Origin: Eledone cirrhosa
Taxonomy: Eukaryota
Assembly (NCBI GenBank): GCA_964016885.1
Contig: OZ024743.1
Location: 248,186,001-248,250,000, forward strand
Length of the DNA: 64,000 nt
Direction: 5' to 3'
Shown piece by piece: positions 28,174 through 41,472 of this stretch. The position numbers and the translations under genes are program-made. The notes under the pieces are model-generated. The model made no database searches and was not told the DNA's origin. It worked only from the letters and a program-made list of their open reading frames with translations. Position 1 is the first letter of the stretch; each line of letters begins with the position of its first letter.

Positions 28174-30025
28174 GTGAGTTCATTGATATCAAGTAGATTT
28201 TGGTGATAGAAAAGGTGGTAAAGTCATTAGGGTGTCATATTTAAAATACCATGGTGTTTGTTTAGGCTCACTGTATTCAAATCCAATAGAGTTCAACTTT
28301 GCTTGCCTTTCATCCTTTTGAGGTCGATAAATAATGTACCAGTCAAGTACTGGGGTTAATTCTTCTGCTATTTTTATCACTGTCTCTTTCTCTCTTCTTT
28401 TGGAAGAAATTATCTGTGTTTGAGCTAGAGAGGTTTGGGCTCCACCAGGTTTAAAATACTCAAAACATGCCATATGTTAGTAAGATGCTCCTTTGTCTTC
28501 ATCAGAACTTAAGGGTTGTTTACCTTAGGGATAGAAGTTCGTTAAAAGAGGGCTATGGTGAACACTGTTAAAATAGCCCATGTCAATGCTCCCTCTAAGC
28601 TGTATCGCTGTGCAGTCACTGTATTAGTACTGTGCACATGGAAATGTTGCTCTACATTATATATGTAAATTGTCTAACCAATTCACTTAAGCCCTTAGAA
28701 ATTGTGTGTTTATAAGCATTGTCTCTTTGGATAGTTAAAAAGGGTATTTGTTAATTGATGAAATCCCAACAGAGGATCGAAACTAGATCAGCTGGTCCCT
28801 CTTTTTCTGTTAATGAAAATATTGCTTGTAAAAACAGATATATTCTGTTGTACAATATAGTCTTAAAATGCAATGTTGTTAATGCACTAGAATTTATCAG
28901 CGATATAATTCTAATAGAGGGGTTTAAACTCAGTACTGTGAGTTAATGAAATACTCATTAATTATAGTGCTTGCATCATTGACTAGCTGGAATTCTAATA
29001 ATTGAAAAAGCTGATGAAAATGTGGATAGATTAATTATAATTTAGAAAATGAAGCTTTCCTATTGAAATCATTTTGCACCAAGACATGTAAAGACATGTC
29101 TCAAAGCAAAGCATTGAAAATGTTGGCAGTATATTCATTCTATGATAACATTTAGAAATAATCATAAGTTGATAGTGATATTACCACTACTGCTACTACT
29201 GTTACCTTTATTGATAGTGGTCATGGTGACTCTTTTATTGATAGCGAAGGGAGTGTGTGAGTGTCCCACAGTGGTTAACTTTGCCTTTCACCCTTTCAGG
29301 GCTGCTAAGATAAAGTACCATTTCATGTTGATGGATTGGTGGAATTGGACAATATGTTCTGAGCTCAAATCTCATTATGGCCTACTTAAGTGGTAGACAT
29401 AATCCATCACAACAAGCTGGTCCTTGGGGGTCTTTATCTGTGTCCACACTCTTGCTAGCATTTGGGCCAGGTCTCAGGTTTGCAGATGTCTTCCTCCCGA
29501 CAGAGTTAAGAAGCCTTGAGAAGAGTCATAATGTTATAGTGTATTAGAGAATATAGCTGTAGATTTTAGCCAACATTAGCCAACGTCCCTTTACGGTCTG
29601 AGTTCAAATCCCGCCGAGGTTGACTTTGCCTTTCATCCTTACGGGGTTGATAAAATAAAGTACCAGTAATGCACTGGGTAATTGCTGGCCTTGTGCCTAA
29701 AGTAGAAACAATTATATATAGTAGACGCATAGAGTTACGGCCCTTGCCATTCTGAGTTCAAATCCCGACGAGGTTAACTTTGCCTTTCATCCTTACGGGG
29801 TCGATAAAATAAAGTACCAGTAATGTACTGGGTAATTGCTGGCATTGTGCCAAAAGTAGTAACAATTATATATAGTAGACAGAGATAAACAATTTGTCTT
29901 TATTTATAATATCTAAAAAAAAAAGAAAAATGTGTGTTTTAGAGACTGTGTATTTTATATGTTTTTACAACCTTTAACAATTCACAGTACAATTTATTTG
30001 TTTTTCCATCTGATTTGTATTAAAG

Positions 30026-30193
30026 GCCTGAAAAAGAAGTACGATCTGTATCAAGTCAAACTGAAGGCACTGTTACAGTGATTACAGTTGGCAATCCAAC
30101 AAACTGTACATATCCAAGCGAGACAATACCAGTTAAACATAATGTAATAGCTCCCTACAGCTCCAACCAGCTTAGTCTGACAAAAACAAGCAG
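30026..30193 (+). CDS. VEPH1: VEPH1 coding exon 7 (low-complexity linker)
   Basis: attaaag|G phase 2; PEKEVRSVSSQTEGTVTVITVGNP...LTKTS AG|gtacct. 168 nt with open frame and phases matching both neighbours. Confidence 0.75.
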
Positions 30194-30878
30194 GTACCTT
30201 ATTCTGTTCAATTTCGCTTGGACATTGTTAATTTTTTTGTTTTCTGAAATATAAAAAAACCACAGCCTGCTTGTACATTCCAGTTTTTGGTATGGTTTCT
30301 ATGACTGAATACATTTCCTAACTCCAACCACTTTACATAATGTATTGGGTGCCATGACAAAATGCATCCCGTACCCTATAAAGTGGTTGGCTTTCAGAAA
30401 GGTATCAGCTGTAGAACCTATGACAAAAACAATGTAATAGCAAGACGTGACCTTGACCTTCTTAACTGTCTTGTCTTCAACCATGATGACCGGGAAACGG
30501 GCATAAAATGATGATGATGATGATATTTCATTTGATGCAGTTTTATTTTATTCTGGTGCATCCTGTAGGAGGATGTAAGCTTATTACTTCATCATCATCA
30601 TCACCCTTTTACTTTTCTATGCTTGCATAGGTTAGACAGGTCATTACTGTTTTGAAATCTATTTAACCCTTTTGATACTAAACTGTGTATTTTAAAGTGT
30701 TTATATTTATCTAAATCCTTTCATCATAATTTTATGTAAGAATATTTATATTCCTAACACCAGTTTAATAATGAGAAAGTTATATCACTAAATCCTGCCA
30801 AATTCTGGATTATTCTTAAAATTATTTGAAAATCATAGGGTTAGGTAATAGGTTAATATAGTAATTGTGTATTTTCAG

Positions 30879-31017
30879 AAGTTCATTAAATACATATCCA
30901 AGTTTTGATAGAGCAACTAGCCCATGTTTTGAAACCACGGTATCTGACATTCCTCACAGCAACAGTCTGACATCAACTGCCACAAGTCCATCCAGCCCAT
31001 CTCCAGTTTCTTCTATG
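30879..31017 (+). CDS. VEPH1: VEPH1 coding exon 8 (Ser/Pro-rich linker)
   Basis: ttttcag|A phase 2; SSLNTYPSFDRATSPCFE...SPSSPSPVSSM|gtgagt. Confidence 0.78.
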
Positions 31018-31507
31018 GTGAGTCACATAAATTCTGCCTATATTTTTATGAAATTTTTAGTGATGGGATAAGCACGAATATCTCATCTTCATGTTCTTTA
31101 CTTTTATTGATCTATGTCTTTATGTCAGTGTATCAAGGTGGAAATATTAAATTAATTATTCCTACTGATATGTTGATACATATGCTTAAAAGAAGTTTGG
31201 ATAGTCGTGGCTGGAATGCCTTAATCATAGTTTGGGTCAATAAGGGCTGATCTAGGGCTAAACATCATCTTGCCTTGTTGTTTAGTCCCAGGTCAACTTT
31301 GATTTAACAGAACTATGATCAAAGCAGTACTTCTTAGATGAAAGCACCGTATTCATTGCTCTTCTTGTTTATGCATAATACATAACTAAACCCCTCAATG
31401 TTTCTATAAATGCTATACCTCATAATCTTTCAGAGAATATCTTAAGATATCTTCAGATATATAACATTTTCAAAACTGCATCCTTAAACAAAGCTTTCTC
31501 TTTACAG

Positions 31508-31545
31508 TCAGTGTTGATCAGTGGCCAATCCTCTACAATGCTTAA
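31508..31545 (+). CDS. VEPH1: VEPH1 candidate 38-nt microexon (exon 9)
   Basis: ctttctctttacag| SVLISGQSSTML AA|gtgagg. Phase 0 in and phase 2 out, which matches the acceptor at 32593. Confidence 0.55.
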
Positions 31546-32592
31546 GTGAGGCTCACATTGAAGTATGGCTCACATAAATTGTCATATTTGTAAAATTAGA
31601 AATATTTTTTGATAACTTTACTATAAATTTGACAGTATATAGTAAACTCCAGAATCTGGAAAGGGCAAAAATGTGAACATTATTAATGTTTCCCTATCAA
31701 CTTAGGGCGGTGAATTGGCAGTATCGGTAGAGGGTAGGACGCCATACTTTCCAACATAGTTACTACATCCCTTTACGGTCTGAGTTCAAATCCCATCGAG
31801 GTTAACTTTGCCTTTCATCCTTATGGGGTCGATAAAATAAAGTACCAGTAATGTACTGGGTAATTGCTGTCCTTGTGCCAAAAGTAGAAACAATTATTAA
31901 TGTTTCTCTATCAACTTTGATATATCTTAAAGTTTGGTTGTCTCTCTCTCCTATAGTCTTCTGTAGATTAATGATATATTTGCTGTTACTTTTAAAAACC
32001 CTCATTTGTCATCCTCAACAGTTTTACAATATGCTATTTATTCTCTCACTATATCTCTGCTAATCTAAACCAGCTCAATATTACGGCATCGTTGATATCA
32101 GCGTCATCCCTCTCCCTCCACTTCTGTTTTCATGCTATTATATGGGTTAGATGGGTTGTCACAGTTCGAGACTATGTTGGCTAGAACAACCTCATCTTGC
32201 CCATATGTTCCCTATTTGGGATGGTTTCAATGGATGGATGCTCCTCCTAACACTAACTGCCTTACATGGTATACTAGATGCATTCTTTCATGTCACCAAC
32301 ATTGCCACTTTACATAGTGAATTGGGTGTGTTTTAGCATGCCACCAGCATAAGAGGTTATCACATGTATGTCCAGACTGAGGAGTTGTCTTAAATCCTAT
32401 GTTATCTACATTCTATTGCTAACATTGTAGCTTCTGGTCTCTCACTATGTTTACATTTATGCATTTTTATTTCAAATATGACCAACTACATATTTCTATA
32501 TGTACACACACAAAGACACACTCACCGACATACATATACATACATATAGACGAATTACACCTGCATTTTCCACATCTGCTTTTCACTTTTAG

Positions 32593-32729
32593 TAATTTTC
32601 GTATTTCTCAGAAGGAACTATATCGTGATGCTGTACAACAGTTTTGTGAAAAGCATCTTGCAAAGATCCGTGTTTTTATCAATAATGTGACAGCTCGTTT
32701 ACCATTACCTGTAAAATGCAGTGTTGTCA
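32593..32729 (+). CDS. VEPH1: VEPH1 coding exon 10 (alternative phase-0 acceptor at 32612)
   Basis: cacttttag|T NFRISQKELYRDAVQQFCEKHLAKIRVFINNVTARLPLPVKCSVV A|gtaagt. The RD..QQFCEKH..K and LPLPVKC segments are as recalled for the Melted family. Confidence 0.88.
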
Positions 32730-32879
32730 GTAAGTCCTTTTTCGTTTACCTGTAAAACACTTCTTTGAATCATTGCAGCTATTAGGTGAAAATCTATCAA
32801 CTATTTACTATAATCATCATCATTTAACATGTTTTCCTTGCTAGCAAGGGTTGGGTGACTCATCACAGATTAACTCAGT

Positions 32880-33610
32880 CCTTAGAGCCACATAAATGCC
32901 GCTGCGGGGCGGTTGTTGACAAGTTCGGCCTGCACTCTCTGTCTTGCTACCAGAGCGCAGGCCGGTTCCCCCGACACGCCGCTCTCAATGACATATTGAG
33001 AAGAAGCCTGGACGCAGCTGGCTTTCCATCTCAACTGGAGCCAGCTGGCCTTGACCTCAGAGATGGCAAGTACCCCAACGGGATCACCCTCTGCCCTTTC
33101 GAGGGAGGTAGATCCCTCATCTAGGATGCCACCTGCTGCGACACATTCTCCACCTCCAACTTAGTTGCTTTGGTCACAAAACCCGGCATCGTGGCCCACC
33201 TCGCAGAAGAATGTAAAATAAACAAATACCCGGGTTTGTCCTGCTGCTTCCTCTTCGCACCGGTCCCCGTGGAGATCTCAGACATACTTGGACCCCCGTA
33301 CTGCCGAGCTCTTCCGCAAGATTGGAGCATTGGTGGCCCATCTGAGGAGGGAGCCCCGCGAGGTTGGGTGGCTGTTGCAGCGGATTTCATTGTCCGGGGA
33401 AATGCTTTTGCCATCTTGTCAGCAGGGCAAGCACTTCAGCCCTCTTGCCTTAGTCCCAAAGCCCAATCACCCTCCCCTCTCTTCTGCGACACCAGAGCTC
33501 TTGCCACCCTTCCCCTTCCTGATATTTTCCTTCTTTCTTTCTCTCCTTTTTTTTTGTATATTTCCCTATTCTTTCTTTCCTTTTGTTTCCCTTTCTGGTT
33601 TTAATAAGTA
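32880..33610 (+). mobile_element. CRE-like non-LTR retrotransposon 3' fragment (CCHC plus restriction-like endonuclease)
   Basis: HKCRCGAVVDKFGLHSLSC...RFPRHAALNDIL...EPAGL..DGKYPNG...*DATCCDT...AEECKINKY. GC/CpG-rich relative to the flanks; one stop and a frameshift. Confidence 0.8.
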
Positions 33611-33689
33611 GGAAAGAAGACATGACTCTGATCCCATTAATGATGTAATAATGCTTAATATGTAATGATGTTGGTATGAATTCAAAATG

Positions 33690-34410
33690 ATGTACTCAAC
33701 GTAAGGTATGGGTACACAAGGGGTGTGGTGGAATTGTAGGCAGACTAACAGAAAATATAGATGTTGCATATGGCAGATGTACAAGAACAGTAAGAGTCCC
33801 AGTGAAATAAACTTTTTCCAAGTAGTTAATAGCTTCTGTTACTTATGTGACTTGATTAACAATGAAGGGGGTTGTTCTGAAAGCATAGTAGTTAGAATAA
33901 GAAAAAGTTGGAAAATGTTTAGGGAATTACTACCTCTGTTGACAACAAAGGAATTTTATCTATGAGTGATGGGTAGATTGTATGATGCCTGCATGAGAAT
34001 TATGCTGTTGCATGGCACTGAGACATGGACTGTAAATGTAGAGGATATACAGAAACTGCAAAGAAATGAAATGACCATGCTCTGTTAGATTTGCAATATT
34101 AGTGTACATGAATGACAGCATGTGAATAAACAGAGAAAAGCTGGGTATAAGAATCAGATGTTGTATGCATGTGAGAAGACTGTACTGGTTTGGAAATGCG
34201 ATGCATTTGGATGTACCAAGGGATGTGAGTGGAAGAAAGTTACAGTAGAAGAAGACTGAAAAAGATCTGTGCTGAGGTGGTTAAAGCTGATCTTAAAATA
34301 CTGAACCTCACAAGAGATGAAGGAATGCTGTGAGTGGAGGAAGGTTGTGCTTGAAAGTCCAACCCATACAAGCATGGAAAAAGGGACATAAAATTATTAA
34401 AATGATGATG
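33690..34410 (+). mobile_element. Decayed RTE LINE 3' fragment
   Basis: SFCYLCDLINNEGGCSESIVVRIRKSWKMFRELLPLL, homologous to the 17791 copy. Confidence 0.75.
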
Positions 34411-34765
34411 AATCTTACCTGGTGGTCTAACAATTCTAGCAATCCACTGCTTTAGACTGGTACTTTATTTTATTTGCTCTGAAAGATGAAAAGCAAACTT
34501 GAACCCAGGGCGAATGTAATATGATTATTTTATTTTATCTTAACTAAGTTAAAGGGCCTTTAACTTCTGAAGGAGATGTAGAGTTGCCCTGAAAAGATGG
34601 AAGGTAAACTTGACCTCAACTGGGTTTGAACTCAAAGTGCATGGTTATTATTTTTCAAAGTTTATATAAATTCTCATATCAATTTATCTCTTATTTTGTC
34701 TATATTTTCTTCTCCCGATGATTGATGTATTCATTTCTGGTATGTTTATATTTTTCTACATTTAG

Positions 34766-34908
34766 ATGGTCGCCATAAACGTTATGTAAAGCTAAACTTT
34801 GTATGTTCCAGTCACCGTGGAGATGAGTGTCTCTATAGTAATAATTGTTTTGTGTTAATTACACACATACCAAAAACCTGGATTCATCTCATGTTTCTAG
34901 CTTTACAG
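34766..34908 (+). CDS. VEPH1: VEPH1 coding exon 11
   Basis: catttag|AT phase 1; GRHKRYVKLNFVCSSHRGDECLYS...PKTWIHLMFLALQ|gtaagt. Confidence 0.93.
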
Positions 34909-36732
34909 GTAAGTTACTTTTTATAGTTTAGTTAAATAGGTATTTCATATTTTTGCCTATAGTCTGCAGATATGTATAGTCTATCGTCGTCATCATCATC
35001 ATCATCATCATTTTACAGCCACTTCTTCATGCTGGCAATGGCTGGACAGGTTGTTCAGACCAAGTTAATACTTAACAGAGCTACTGTCTTCCTAGAGGTT
35101 GTCAGGTCACTGACATGACTGAAGAGTCCTTTCAAGCCTCTTTGGCATTGTTTCAACAGCTGGATGACCTTCTTAATACCAATCACTTTACAATGTGTAC
35201 TGGGTGCGTGAGAGATGTCAGCTCCTTGATTTGACAGGAGAGCTCTCTATATGTTAAATTTAGTAATTTCCTCTGAAAACCTTATATTGTCAAAATTCAA
35301 AGAAAATATAGACTATTAAAACTGTAACAAAGGTATAATCTACTTCAAGCAGGAATATTTAACAGTGTTCTAGTAGTTTACACAACATCTCAAGATAAAT
35401 TTTGATAATTACTCTTTATAATAATGTGAATTGATGCATGTCCGATCAAATGATTCAGTAAGCTAGTGGTAGGAATTATCCATGGTGGATAAAGAAAAGA
35501 AAAGTTGTGTGGAATTTGTTAGATCAAGTTTTTTTTAATTGTTTTCAGGGCTTTTTAGACTGAGGACGTGGGGCTTAGTTGTTAGAGAATTGGATTTGCA
35601 ATCGTGAAGTTGTGACTTTGATTCCCAGCCTAGGCGATACATTATATCCTTGAGAAAGTCACTCTTACTGCCAGGAATTGTGACCAGTAGATAGTGTCAG
35701 CAATAGAAAGACCAATGGAAACATTGTTTCCTTGGTTTGATTTGATAAGTTTCACCCCACTCAATAGGCAGATGAGGTCTGGATCTTGCCAATCTAATAA
35801 AAGAAAAAAGACTGAGGGGAGGCTCTCAAATAAATCATTTGGCTTTAATGCTTGCCACAGAGTGGACTCCACTAAATGTAACTGAGAGGAGGCTCTCAAA
35901 TAAATCACTTGGCTTTAATGCTTGCCACAGAGTGGACTCCACTAAATGTAACTAAAGGCCAGATGGTGGTGTTAGATTGGGCAACAAATTATTTCTACTA
36001 CCCAAGTAGGTCACAGCAGGATTTGAACTTATAATGCAAAGAGCCAGAGCAAATATTGCAAAGCATTTTGTCTGATACTCTAACAATTCCACTAATTCAT
36101 TACCCTCGACTGGTTCTTTATTTCACTGACCCTGAAAGAATGAAAGGCAAAGTTGAGTTCAAATCACAAAGTGCTTCAACATATACTACAATGACTGCCA
36201 ATTTGCTACCTATAAATAAGACCTGAGAATGATAAACATTATAAAAAGAAAAAAATGATGCAGGATCATAATGCATGGTGTGATACTGAAATTTAGATTC
36301 ATCCTATATACATAATTTAGAAGCAAAAGTAAAAATTATGGTAACATTAACAATCATAGTGAGAATGGTGGTAGTAGCTTCTAATTTACTTTATGCTATT
36401 AGTTTGTTACTGTTCTAGATTTATAATTTTTTAATACTAACTTCAGTGGGATGGTAAGTTTTTATAAATTTTCATATGTTGATATTACACACAAACATGC
36501 ACGCACATATAACAGGCTTCATTACAGTTTCTCAAAGCTTTGGTCAGCCCAGGGCTAAAGTGAAAGACACTTGTCCAAGGTGCCATGCAATGGGACTCAA
36601 CCTGGAGCTACATGGTCCCAAAGTGAACTTCTTAACTATACACACATAATAGCTTCACCTATATAACAAATCCTTGTTATAATTTCTAAAACTTCGACAA
36701 AGATTTAATTTTTTGTGAACTTCTTTTTTTAG

Positions 36733-36867
36733 GCTAAAGCAAGTTCTGCATTAGGTCAGCAAGATACCTCTGTGAGTTGTCTGAAAGGATGCTGGGATGC
36801 TCTGAAGTCAGAAAAAGGCCCAAGCAGTTTCCTTACTGTTGTCACATCATCATTTCCATCAGCTAAG
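36733..36867 (+). CDS. VEPH1: VEPH1 coding exon 12
   Basis: ttttttag| AKASSALGQQDTSVSCLKGCWDALKSEKGPSSFLTVVTSSFPSAK|gttagt. Confidence 0.92.
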
Positions 36868-38147
36868 GTTAGTATTTGGTTACATTTGTTTTATACATTT
36901 AAAAAATTTTCTTCAAATGCAAATGGTGAATTGGCAGAATTCTTTGTGCATTGGATTAATGATGTCTTGGTATTTGTTCTGGCTTACTGTGCTCTGAGTT
37001 TAAATCCCACCAAGGTCAACTTTGCCTTTTATCCATTTGAGATTGATAAAATATCAATTCAGTACTGGAGTTGATCCTTCCTCTATCTCTCTCTGGAAGA
37101 AATTGGCTTTGTTCTGACCGGGATGGGCTCTACCAGATTTAAAATGCCCAAGATATGCTGTGTGTCAGGAACAGTGCCCCTTACCAAATTACATGCTGGT
37201 TTTTAACATCCAAGGTTTAAGAAATCCCATGGCTATGATGTTAAAATACTTGAGACTTGACTAAATGATTTCAAACCTTCAGGTAGCTATTACTTTGTGA
37301 TTTTAGACATCACACATTATTTTTTTGCCACAGTCTGTCTGGATGACAACAGATTCAACTCTTACTTCATAGTTAATTGATTGGACCACAGATTTCCTAA
37401 CTGAGTGTAATGATATTTTAGTGTGTCACCAATAATCTCTAGGTGTGTCATGCTGGTGACACAAGAAAAAAGCACCCTATAAGATGGTTGTGCTGGTGAC
37501 ATGATGAAAAGAACCTAGTCAACTCGGTAAGGTGATCATGCTGGTGACATGATGAAAAGTATTCAGTTCACCCTATAAGGTGGTGACATGAAAAACCACC
37601 TAGTCCACTCTGTAAGATGGACATTTTGGTGCCGTGATAAAAAGCACCCAGTTCACACTGTAACATGGTTGGTATTAAGAAAGGCATCCAGTTGTAGAAA
37701 CCAAGCCAAAATACAGATCCATATAAGCAAGATGTGGTCATCTGATCTGATTTGTGTCATAACGGGATAACCCATCTAACCCATGCAAGCATAGAAAATG
37801 GATGTTAAACGTTGATAATTATGATGTGACATTTTAGTGCGTCACCAATAATCTAATACTAGAATGTCTTCTGCATCGACATGAATGAATGTCCAAATTT
37901 TAAAAGCAAGAACAACATTCAATTCATGTTAACATTGTTAAATGGTAAAAATGACACTGGATATCATATGTTAATCATGGCTCAATAGATAAATCATTTT
38001 ACTTTAAACATAAAGAGGCATGTTCAGTGAAAGCTGATAGTTTAAATTTCATCTTATTTATTTATCATTGTTGGATTAAAATTCTATACATAAGCCAGTA
38101 AATTGGTAGAGTTGTTAAAGTTTTAGTAATTTTTTTGTTTTTGCTAG

Positions 38148-38297
38148 GATCAAGATGCTCTTCTTCATGAACTTCACAGTGTTCGCTATTTCGATGTATT
38201 TGAATTCAATGCTGCTGAATACCACTGGGCATGTTTCATGTGCAATCACCCTGAAAAGATGATTACTTTACTTCAAGATGGTAGTCCATTTATTTCT
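38148..38297 (+). CDS. VEPH1: VEPH1 coding exon 13
   Basis: ttgctag| DQDALLHELHSVRYFDVFEFNAAEYHWACFMCNHPEKMITLLQDGSPFIS|gtgagt. Confidence 0.93.
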
Positions 38298-38365
38298 GTG
38301 AGTAAAGATGTATTTCAGTTCATACTAAACTATTACTGCTGCAACCACTTAATAATATTACAGTA

Positions 38366-39516
38366 TAAGTAGACGAGAAAACAGAACCCAGATCCCCTCA
38401 GGGAAATGGCCTTGCTCAGTATGTAGGAAAGGTGTAGGTAGGAACTCCATTCTTTGCCCCAAATGCAAACAATGGGTACACAAGAGATGTAGCGGGATCT
38501 CAGGAATCTTAATTAAGAATGTAGGATTCACATGCAGCAGCTGTGCTGAAACAGCAAGCAAACAGCCACAGGAAACAAGTACCACCAATCTCTGGGAGGG
38601 CCCTGTAGAAACAGTAGACAGCTTCTGCTACCTAGGTGACCGAATTAGCAACGGAGGTGGGTGCTCAGAAAGTACAATAACTAGGGTAAGAACGGGATGG
38701 AAGAAGTTTAGGGAACTACTACCACTGCTAGCTGCAAAAGGCTTCTCCCTCAGAATGAAAGGCAGACTGTATGATGCGTGTATCCGAACAGCGATGTTGC
38801 ATGGTAGTGAGACCTGGGCGCTGAAGGTGGAAGACTTACGTAGATTAGAGAGAAACGAAGCCTGCATGCTCCGATGGATGTGTAACAGTAATATACGTGA
38901 ACGACAAAGCATAAATGAATTGAGAGAGAGACTGAGCATAAGAGGAATCAAATGCTGCGTGCAGGAGAGGCGGTTACGCTGGTATGGACATGTGATGCGT
39001 ATGAAGGATGACAGCTGCATAAAAAGGTGCAGAGCACTAGAAGTTGATGGAAACCGCGGAGTGGGGAGACCCAAGATGACTTGGGATGAGGTGATAAAAG
39101 CCGACCTTACCCAACTACACCTCTCAAAGTCAATGACACACGACCGTGACTTCTGGCGTCACGCAGTAATACAGGGTACCCGACCTCCCATGGGTACATG
39201 CTGAAGCATATAAACAATATGCCCCCCCCCCCCCCCCCCCCACCGCAAGGTGGTCGTGGAGGTGCCACGGCAAAAAAGCACCCAGCCCACACTGTAAAGT
39301 GGACGTGTAGGCGCCACGAAAAAGCACCCAGCACTCACTGTAAATGAGGTTGGTGTTAGGAAGGGCATCCAGCTGTAGAAATCAAGCCAGATCAGTTCCT
39401 GTATGAGCAAGGCATGGTCAGCCGACCAGACACTGCCCACAACAGGACAACCCGTCTAACCCATGCTAGCGTGGAAGAACGGACGTAAAACGGTGATGAT
39501 GATGATGATGATGATG
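38366..39516 (+). mobile_element. 5'-truncated RTE LINE (young), 68 nt downstream of the exon 13 donor
   Basis: Open frame through the PHD-like finger and C-terminal domain (MKGRLYDACIRTAMLHGSETW...). (GAT)n tail; closely similar to 48410-49550. Confidence 0.92.
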
Positions 39517-41367
39517 TATGTGAATAATGACCTAAAAAAACTGGACCACATGAATGAGATGATGCACATCTGAGCAGACTGGTGATATGCCACAATACAA
39601 AAGACCTGTCCACCAGAACAAGCACTGCGACATTAAAAGTAAATGTGGTGACTGACTGGAGGCTACAGTGTTTGGCAATTCAATAGAGACAATAAAGGGA
39701 TGGAGAGGATCTTTCAGTCTGGACGAATATGTGATAATGCCTCTAGTATAGGTGCCATGATAATAAAATGCACCCTGTAAAATGTTAGTGCTGGTGCCAC
39801 AATGAAATGCACCTTGTCCACACTGTAAAGTGGTAGTGGTGATGCCATGAAAAAAATGCACCCTGTAAGGTGGTTTGTGTTAAGAAGGGCATCCAGCTGT
39901 AGAAACCAAGCCAAACATGGAATATAGAGAGATAAGATCACTCTCACTTGTCTGGTTTTTAATTGTGACAACTCGTTGAACTCATGCCAGTGTGGAGTGT
40001 GGATGTAAAAACGATGATGATGATGTTATTCTTTGGTGATTTGTTTGTTTTTGCATGTATAATGATTTTGTTTAATATTTAACATAAGATTAGGAATTAG
40101 CTGGGTCGTTAGAATGTTGCGCAAAATGCCATGCAGTATTTGTTCTTGCCCTCTGCGTTCAAGTTGCACTGTAGTCAAGTTTACCTTTCAGCCTTTTGGG
40201 GGTGGGGGTTGTGTTATAATGGTGAGACACACCTGTTTTGTATATCTGTGCAAAATGAGGGTCACACCCAACCATTCACTTCAGTTCTTATTTATAGGCT
40301 TTACACCTAGTCCACTTTTAGTTATCTGGGGGTATTCAGGGTTTTTCCCCACACAGGTTGATAAAATAAAGTATTATTCCAGGACAGTAGATTGGCAGAA
40401 TTGTTAGTGTCAGACATGATGCCTTGTAATATTTGTTCCAGTTCTTTGCATTCTGGGTTCAATTTCCATTGTGGGCTACATGGAGCCTTTTATTACCATA
40501 TTTCTATGATTTTCAAATAAATTTGAAAATAATCAAGTATTTGGATGGATTTAATAATATATCTTTCTCATTATTAAGCTGGTGTTTAGAACAACTTATC
40601 ATAAAGTTCTTAACTAAAATTAGAATGAAAAGTTTTTAGATAAATATATATACTTTAAAGTAAAGAGCTTTATATAATAGAATAATGGTCGATTTTAGGT
40701 GGTTTGGTATCAAAAGGATTAATATGTTACCTGCTTTAACACCACTACCCGGTTCTTTGGTGCCTTTAGTGGAGTCAATATTGTTGTAAACATTCAAGCT
40801 AGGTCTCTGGTTTTTAGGATATTATTCTCCTCATCTACTAGTCTTGGAGGCTCTGAAATGTGTCATAAGCACTGTCCTTCTCTCTTTGATTGTGCTATTG
40901 ACACTTAACACCTGATGGAGTTGTAACGATGCCATCATGACATTTAAACCAGAAGACAGGAGAATAGGCCCTTGTTCTGGATTGGTACACTATTTATCAA
41001 TTTTGAAAGCAAAATTGATCATGGCAAAATTTGAACTTGGAGTACAGAGAACTGGAACACAGATTACAAGGCATTCTGTCTGCTGTTCTAATGATTATAT
41101 TAATTCACCATCTTCCCTCTTTGACTAAGCATTAAAAAAAAACCTTATTCATTTTTTTATTTTAGTCAAAATCAGTTCTGTATGAGCAAGACAAGGTCAC
41201 CTGACCTAGTATTGCCCACAACAGGACAACTCGCTTAACCCATGCTAGTGTAGAAAATGGACGTAAAACGGTGATGGTGATGATGATGATTGTTTCTTCC
41301 TTTTCATAAGAGATTTTATTGAATTGTTGCTAAACTTTGTAAATCATCTTGTTTCTTATACAAATAG

Positions 41368-41472
41368 GGACAACTTAAAGAGAAGAAGGGTCGGTGGAAG
41401 TTCTTGAAACGATGGAAAACACGATATTTCAGCTTATCAGGGACAAACATTACTTACAGTAAAGGGGATTCA
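41368..41472 (+). CDS. VEPH1: VEPH1 coding exon 14 (PH domain, N-terminal part)
   Basis: caaatag| [35 protein letters not shown]|gtaagt, the classic PH beta1-beta2 basic motif. Confidence 0.95.

Noticed and set aside
35811-35953. Tandem duplication of about 70 bp
   Set aside because: Simple local duplication within a dispersed repeat, with no further structure seen.
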